Shown here: in pieces, positions 58,632 to 64,000 of the stretch
Layout: each line of letters starts with the position of its first letter
Position numbering within the stretch: position 1 is the first letter of the stretch
Origin: Sedimentisphaerales bacterium
GTDB lineage: Bacteria; Planctomycetota; Phycisphaerae; Sedimentisphaerales; SM23-30
Direction: 5' to 3' (one strand)
Length of the DNA: 64,000 nucleotides
NCBI GenBank assembly: GCA_963666285.1
Contig: OY762711.1
Notes under the pieces: model-generated
Seen by the model: the letters and a program-made list of their open reading frames with translations, nothing else
What the model was told of the DNA's origin: nothing
Databases searched by the model: none
Made by a program: the position numbers and the translations under genes

Positions 58632-60653
58632 TTAGAATTTAACCTGAACCCTTCCGAAGAAAGTTCTTCCTATTGATTCATCGACTTCATCGGGATCCTC
58701 TAAAAAGTTATAATTAAAATCTTCATCAAACAGGTTCTTAACTCCAACCATAATCTCTCCATTACCATCAGCGAATTCTTTCGATAACGCAATAGTCAGA
58801 TCACTTGTATCATCTACAATTACCTCTCCGGCTGAGAAGATGTCATCTGTGTATTTATAATTCGTATTCAAAGTCCAGGTGTCTGAAATATAATACCTGG
58901 TATTTATTCCAATCTTAAAATCAGGTGGCAGAATCGACATAACATCCGTCGGTACTGCTCTTACTTCCGTATCTTCATATGAACTCCACAATTCTATATC
59001 ATATTTTTCATTATTAAATTTAATTTTACCCTGCACACCTAAGACATCAACATCGCTGTTGTTGTCAACCTGAATCAAAGGACCAAGCAGTGGATCAAAA
59101 CCAACCATACTGGCACCGACTGTATCTTTATATCGATGATAATAACCATCAAACTCAAGCCTGACATTTTCCAAGCAATCAAACGAATAGCCTAATTGTA
59201 ATGATTTGACGTGTTCATTTTCTACATTATGATTTGTCGAAACCGTACTGAACGAGATATCTCGCCAGCCATAGGTCGAGTGTCGATATGTGCGGCCAAT
59301 ACTAAATTTCAGTTTCTTTCGCCCTTCTTCAGCAAGGTTCATTATAGCTGAAAAACGACCCGACCAGTCGGAAGTGTCAGTATATGAGAAATAATCTTCT
59401 CTAAGCTGAAATTCCAAATCAAGGAACTCATTTACATTCCATAAATCAAGTAAAAACAAACCTGCCTGGTAATCAACATATTTATTCGACCTGAAATCGA
59501 AGCTGTAATTATCATTATCAAGAATATCTATTGAATAATGCCTGAAGTTTCCACCTAATGCCAGGTTGTGTTTACCAAGCTCATAATCCAGCTGAATTTC
59601 CAGATCATTTTCAATTGCCCTGTTATTGAAACCTAAAATTTCTTTGCGTACTTCGTAGTTACCAAACCACTGTAAATGAAAACCAAAATCGTCATATTTC
59701 ATCCTGTCAATCCTGGCAAAGAATCTACTGTATTCGTAGAGCTGTGACCCATTTGAATAAGGCAAGACCGGGTTATAAATCGTGGTAGAACCCGCCTGGT
59801 ATCTGTCGCCGCGTTTTGAGTGATTATAAGCAGCACCAAAAGATAACTCCGTCAACTCATTGAGATCAACAATGAATTCTGAGTCAAATCGATAATTTCT
59901 GGCAAAATCATTTGAAGCATAATCATCATTATTAACCGCATCTTCCGATGACGACCATTCATCGTAGCCTGTAGACAAACGCCACTGCCAATTGTCTTTT
60001 ACCTGCACCCAGCGAAGATGATTATATATATCACCAAATTCATTTATCGTAGTAGAATACAAAAAGCCGGGGTCTATATCTTCCGGACGTTTAGTGACGA
60101 CATTAATAACACCGGTGAAAGCATCGCTGCCCCAATCGGCAGCACCACCAGACCCGTAAACTACCTCGATCCTTTCAATATCCTCCATAAAAACTGGAAT
60201 TCCAAGATAATCTGAACCGCCGGCTACCGGACTATTGGCACTTCTACCGTTTATCAGCGTAACATTCCTGTCGTTATACGGAAATCTTAAGCCGCCCATA
60301 GTTACCCTGTAGCGATTTCTGCTGCCGGGAAGAATATCAACACCCGGACTATACCTGAGAGCATCAATAATACTAGTTGCACCGCTGTAATGGATATCAT
60401 TTGAATCAATCACATTAACAGAAACTCCTACATCTTCAACACCCTGCCCCAAGCGTGAAGCAGAAAATACAACTGGGATATCCTGGAAAAGCATCATTTC
60501 TGCTGCAAAGTCAGCTTCTATGCTGCCACTTCCTTTATTCTCCTTTTCAGCGATATCAGTGTCAACACCTGTAGTATTATCTGACTCAAGAGCAAAAGAG
60601 CTATAATTACCAACCAGTATAATTAGTACTATGATGTTAAAAAATCGCTTCAT
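58632..60653 (-). CDS. TonB-dependent receptor (copy 1)
   Basis: IPVVFSASR, IERIEVVYGSGGAADWGSDAFTGVINVVTK; C-terminal GRTFFGRVQVKF. Confidence 0.92.
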   Translation of the reverse strand: MKRFFNIIVLIILVGNYSSFALESDNTTGVDTDIAEKENKGSGSIEADFAAEMMLFQDIPVVFSASRLGQGVEDVGVSVNVIDSNDIHYSGATSIIDALRYSPGVDILPGSRNRYRVTMGGLRFPYNDRNVTLINGRSANSPVAGGSDYLGIPVFMEDIERIEVVYGSGGAADWGSDAFTGVINVVTKRPEDIDPGFLYSTTINEFGDIYNHLRWVQVKDNWQWRLSTGYDEWSSSEDAVNNDDYASNDFARNYRFDSEFIVDLNELTELSFGAAYNHSKRGDRYQAGSTTIYNPVLPYSNGSQLYEYSRFFARIDRMKYDDFGFHLQWFGNYEVRKEILGFNNRAIENDLEIQLDYELGKHNLALGGNFRHYSIDILDNDNYSFDFRSNKYVDYQAGLFLLDLWNVNEFLDLEFQLREDYFSYTDTSDWSGRFSAIMNLAEEGRKKLKFSIGRTYRHSTYGWRDISFSTVSTNHNVENEHVKSLQLGYSFDCLENVRLEFDGYYHRYKDTVGASMVGFDPLLGPLIQVDNNSDVDVLGVQGKIKFNNEKYDIELWSSYEDTEVRAVPTDVMSILPPDFKIGINTRYYISDTWTLNTNYKYTDDIFSAGEVIVDDTSDLTIALSKEFADGNGEIMVGVKNLFDEDFNYNFLEDPDEVDESIGRTFFGRVQVKF

Positions 60654-60753
60654 TTGCTTAGTTTTTTCACTTCTACTTATATAAAATAATATAATTTTCC
60701 TGATAAAAGAACAGGAGGTATACGTTTCAGCCTACTATCCGTATTCAGGTTCA

Positions 60754-60780
60754 TGATCGACTTATTATCTATGTAACTTA
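60754..60780 (-). promoter_or_regulatory. Candidate sigma28-type promoter of the TonB receptor/signalling operon
   Basis: Minus strand TAAG-N15-GTCGATCA (3 mismatches to consensus, canonical spacing). Confidence 0.35.
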
Positions 60781-60867
60781 ATTAGAAAAAATACCATAAA
60801 TAGCACTTATTTAGATGGTTACACACGTTTTTAGGTCAGATAACTATATTCCGATTGAAACAATCCC

Positions 60868-60896
60868 TTGACAAAGATTCATTTATGCACTAACAT
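60868..60896 (+). promoter_or_regulatory. Putative sigma70 promoter of pckG
   Basis: TTGACA-N17-TAACAT. Confidence 0.55.
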
Positions 60897-60999
60897 CTCT
60901 TGGCTTCAGAGTTGAGGTCAGATTAAACTGTAATATTGTAATTAAACTTTAATCCCCGTTTTTAGAACCAAGTACCATACTAGATTGAGGAGTCTCATT

Positions 61000-62802
61000 A
61001 TGACTTTAACTGCGCACAACGCACTAAACAAATGGATTGACCAGATGGCTCAAATGTGTGAGCCGGACGATATCGTCTTAATTGACGGCACCGAACAGCA
61101 AAAAGAAATTCTTACCGAGGAAGCATGTAAAACTGGTGAAGTTGAAAAACTCAACCAGGAGATCCTTCCTGGATGTATTTACCACAGGACAGCCCAGAAT
61201 GATGTTGCCAGAGTAGAACATCTAACTTATATCTGTACCACCCTTAAAGAGGATGCCGGGCCTAACAATAACTGGATGGCTCCGGATGAGGCTTACCGCA
61301 CAACTTCCGAATTCTTCAAAGGATCTATGAAGGGGCGAAAAATGTATGTTATCCCATTCAGCATGGGACCGGTAGGATCGCCTTTCAGCAAAATCGGTGT
61401 AGAACTTACTGACAGCATATACGTCGTTCTCAACATGCTGATTATGACACGAGTAGGTAAAGACGTGCTGGACGTTCTTGGCTCCGGCGGAGAATTCACT
61501 AAATGCCTTCATAGCAAAGCTCAGCTTGACCTGGAAAAACGACGCATCATGCATTTCCCCGAAGATAACACAATCTGGTCAGTCAATAGCGGCTATGGCG
61601 GCAACGTTCTGCTTGGCAAGAAATGCCTGGCACTGCGTATTGCAAGCTATATCGCAAAAAAAGAAATGTGGATGGCTGAACATATGCTGATACTGGGGAT
61701 CGAAGAACCTAGCGGTAAGATCGAATATGTTGCCGCAGCCTTCCCAAGTGCTTGTGGAAAAACAAACCTGGCGATGCTGATTCCGCCGGAAGGCCTCAAA
61801 GTCAAAGGATACCGTATCTGGACTGTCGGTGACGATATCTCCTGGATGAGAATCGACACTGATGGCAAACTATGGGCGATTAACCCGGAAAACGGTTTCT
61901 TCGGCGTGGCTCCTGGCACAAATACAAAAACTAACCCAAACGCAGTAAAAACAGTTCAGAAAAACACCATTTTTACCAATGTTGTCAAAAACCCTGACGG
62001 CACTGTATGGTGGGAAGACGGTGATGGCGAACCTGCTGCCGAAGGTGCTATCGACTGGAGAGGTAACCCTTGGAAACAGGGCATGAAAGATGAAGACGGC
62101 AACTCTGTCAAAGGTGCACATCCAAACAGCCGGTTCACTGCTCCGCTGACTCAGTGTCCAAGTCATTCTTTCAGAACTGACCATCATCATGGTGTGCCGA
62201 TTTCTGCTATTATTTTTGGCGGTCGCCGCGCTAAGCTCGCTCCACTGGTCTACGAAGCGTTTGACTGGCAGCACGGTGTATATATTGGTGCTACTATGGC
62301 TTCCGAACGTACTGCTGCACAGGTTGGAAAAGTTGGAGAAATTAGACGCGACCCAATGGCAATGAAACCTTTCTGCGGTTATAACATGGCCGATTACTTC
62401 GAACATTGGCTCAAGATGGGCGTTCGCATGAGATGGCAGCCGAAGATTTTCCACGTCAACTGGTTCCGCCAGGATGACAATGGCAAGTTTATCTGGCCTG
62501 GATTCGGTGAAAACCTGCGTATCCTTGAATGGATACTTGCTCGTTGCCGGTTTGAGGTCGAAGCTGATAAAACTGCTATTGGTTTCATACCAAAAATCGA
62601 AGATATCGACCTGACCGGGCTGGATGTTAAAGAAGAAACCATGAAAGAACTATTCAAAATTTACACTGATGAATGGAAAGAAGAAATGGTCAGAATTGAC
62701 GAATTCTTCAATCAGTTCGGTGACAGACTGCCGGTTTCTCTAATGGCTCAACATGAAGCACTAGGCAGAAGATTAGAAGAGCTTGGAAGCGAGAAAGCCT
62801 AA
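61000..62802 (+). CDS. pckG: Phosphoenolpyruvate carboxykinase (GTP)
   Basis: DVARVE, SGYGGNVLLGKKCLALR, AAFPSACGKTNLAM, VGDDI, AHPNSRF; GAGGAG RBS before ATG 61000. Confidence 0.97.
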   Translation: MTLTAHNALNKWIDQMAQMCEPDDIVLIDGTEQQKEILTEEACKTGEVEKLNQEILPGCIYHRTAQNDVARVEHLTYICTTLKEDAGPNNNWMAPDEAYRTTSEFFKGSMKGRKMYVIPFSMGPVGSPFSKIGVELTDSIYVVLNMLIMTRVGKDVLDVLGSGGEFTKCLHSKAQLDLEKRRIMHFPEDNTIWSVNSGYGGNVLLGKKCLALRIASYIAKKEMWMAEHMLILGIEEPSGKIEYVAAAFPSACGKTNLAMLIPPEGLKVKGYRIWTVGDDISWMRIDTDGKLWAINPENGFFGVAPGTNTKTNPNAVKTVQKNTIFTNVVKNPDGTVWWEDGDGEPAAEGAIDWRGNPWKQGMKDEDGNSVKGAHPNSRFTAPLTQCPSHSFRTDHHHGVPISAIIFGGRRAKLAPLVYEAFDWQHGVYIGATMASERTAAQVGKVGEIRRDPMAMKPFCGYNMADYFEHWLKMGVRMRWQPKIFHVNWFRQDDNGKFIWPGFGENLRILEWILARCRFEVEADKTAIGFIPKIEDIDLTGLDVKEETMKELFKIYTDEWKEEMVRIDEFFNQFGDRLPVSLMAQHEALGRRLEELGSEKA

Positions 62803-62968
62803 AGTTTGAACTTGAGCTTGGTATTTGCTTGTTTCCAGGGGGTATTATATTATAATGTGATAAATGAAGCTGGTGATACTTACCGGCTTCATTTTATTTT
62901 TGGTTTTCTCAATCGCTTATAGAATTGTGAGCTGGACACCAGACAATATTTACCCACAGGAGATAAAA

Positions 62969-63430
62969 ATGGAGCGTACTTTAATCATCATCAAACCGGA
63001 TGCTGTTCAAAGAAGCCTGATCGGTTCAATAATAACAAGATTTGAAAACAAAGGTATGCAGGTAATCGCCTGCAAACTAATGCAAATAACTGACGAACTG
63101 GCAGCCGAACATTACGCCGAACATGTCAACAAACCGTTTTACCCAAGAATCAGGGATTATATGACAAGCGGTCCTTCAATTGTTTTGGCACTGCAGGGAC
63201 CAAAAGCCGTAAATATTGTCAGAACTGTCATGGGATCTACTTTTGGCCAGGATGCCCAGCCTGGCACTATACGCGGCGACTATTCTAATGGCGGCTTTAA
63301 CCTGGTACATGGTTCAGACAGTCCTGAATCAGCAAAAAGAGAAATCGCACTCTTCTTTAAACCAGAAGAAATCATAGACTATAAGATGACAAATGAACTT
63401 TACCTCTACGGCAATGACCCGACAGTTTGA
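62969..63430 (+). CDS. ndk: Nucleoside diphosphate kinase
   Basis: MERTLIIIKPDAVQR, PGTIRGDY, NLVHGSDSPESAKREI; AGGAG RBS before ATG 62969. Confidence 0.97.
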   Translation: MERTLIIIKPDAVQRSLIGSIITRFENKGMQVIACKLMQITDELAAEHYAEHVNKPFYPRIRDYMTSGPSIVLALQGPKAVNIVRTVMGSTFGQDAQPGTIRGDYSNGGFNLVHGSDSPESAKREIALFFKPEEIIDYKMTNELYLYGNDPTV

Positions 63431-63999
63431 TTGCTTTGACTATTGTCCGGCTTACAATTTTCCGAGTCTGGATAGCGACTGACAATTTCTGCCATTCCTG
63501 CCATAAATGTCTTATACGCAGCCTCGCTGTCGCTGTCGTTTTTGCCGATTAAAGTACCCGGAGTATTGGATATTGCCATCTTTACAAGCTGACCATTGGC
63601 TTGAGACGAGTATTCTTTAAACTGCCTGGAAATATCTCCCACTTGCTTTTCCAACATATTGTTATACAACACCGGGGTGTCATTTTTATATGAAAAATGA
63701 TCAAAATCTATCGTTCGCCACTGAACAGGATATACGTTCCTAATTCTATAGTATACCTTACGATCGGTTATGCTATAAATTATCTGCCATACTGTCCTGT
63801 TGCAATGTGCCGCCTCAAGGCAATCAATACCAAACATCAAATTTTCTTTAACATCTTCAAAAGGAGAAAAGTCCTTAATCTTTTGAGCAAGGCTAAAAAA
63901 TCTCTTATTATAACTGGCCTTAGGCATACTTCTACTACCTCCAAAACCGTCACAGGTACGCAATTCCTTTATTGACCTTTCATAAGGTACATTTTCCAG
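63406..63999 (-). CDS. C-terminal part of a probable Ntn hydrolase (choloylglycine hydrolase / linear amide C-N hydrolase family), truncated by the right edge
   Basis: Frame open to the window edge (LENVPYERSIKEL...); RTVWQIIYSITDRKVYYR resembles the family's T.W..VYD....IY motif. Confidence 0.5.
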   Translation of the reverse strand: MENVPYERSIKELRTCDGFGGSRSMPKASYNKRFFSLAQKIKDFSPFEDVKENLMFGIDCLEAAHCNRTVWQIIYSITDRKVYYRIRNVYPVQWRTIDFDHFSYKNDTPVLYNNMLEKQVGDISRQFKEYSSQANGQLVKMAISNTPGTLIGKNDSDSEAAYKTFMAGMAEIVSRYPDSENCKPDNSQSNQTVGSLP

Positions 64000-64000
64000 A

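Noticed and set aside
60654..60984. Cobalamin riboswitch or Fur box ahead of the TonB receptors
   Set aside because: No B12-box or GATAATGATAATCATTATC-like sequence recognisable by eye
62864..62968. Hydrophobic N-terminal extension on Ndk
   Set aside because: The canonical MERT start at 62969 has a strong AGGAG RBS, so the extension is likely incidental
63406..63430. 25-bp convergent overlap of ndk with the next gene
   Set aside because: Short 3' overlaps are common and need no special explanation

Overview
A 64 kb stretch of an AT-rich bacterial chromosome. The gene content suggests an anaerobic, polysaccharide-degrading planctomycete, probably Phycisphaerae/Sedimentisphaerales-like (inference from the long repeat-expanded FliD, Tat-exported Gfo/Idh/MocA proteins, a sulfatase, an FHA-GAF kinase and secreted proteins with C-terminal dockerin-like 'D..D..V...DL..LA..WL' tails). 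Housekeeping genes (fliD, dnaK, pgpA, panB, mlaEF, mtnP, pckG, ndk) are interspersed with carbohydrate-active and secreted proteins (GH43, GH106, GH5-FN3-PA14, sulfatase, beta-helix, metzincin-LamG). No rRNA, tRNA, CRISPR array or transposase was seen. The most notable items are: (1) a five-gene candidate trans-envelope signalling operon (two tandem 673-aa TonB-dependent receptors, a periplasmic binding protein, a hybrid kinase, and a REC-HD-GYP phosphodiesterase); (2) an unannotated ~190-200 bp dispersed non-coding element in two full copies and one partial copy, each in a divergent intergenic region; (3) sigma28-like promoters with CsrA-like GGA hairpins ahead of fliD and an orphan kinase; (4) a sigma54 promoter with phased upstream repeats at dnaK; (5) a ~160-aa unknown domain shuffled between two adjacent secreted proteins; (6) a probable ATT start codon and a probable leaderless mRNA. 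All calls were made by eye without database searches.
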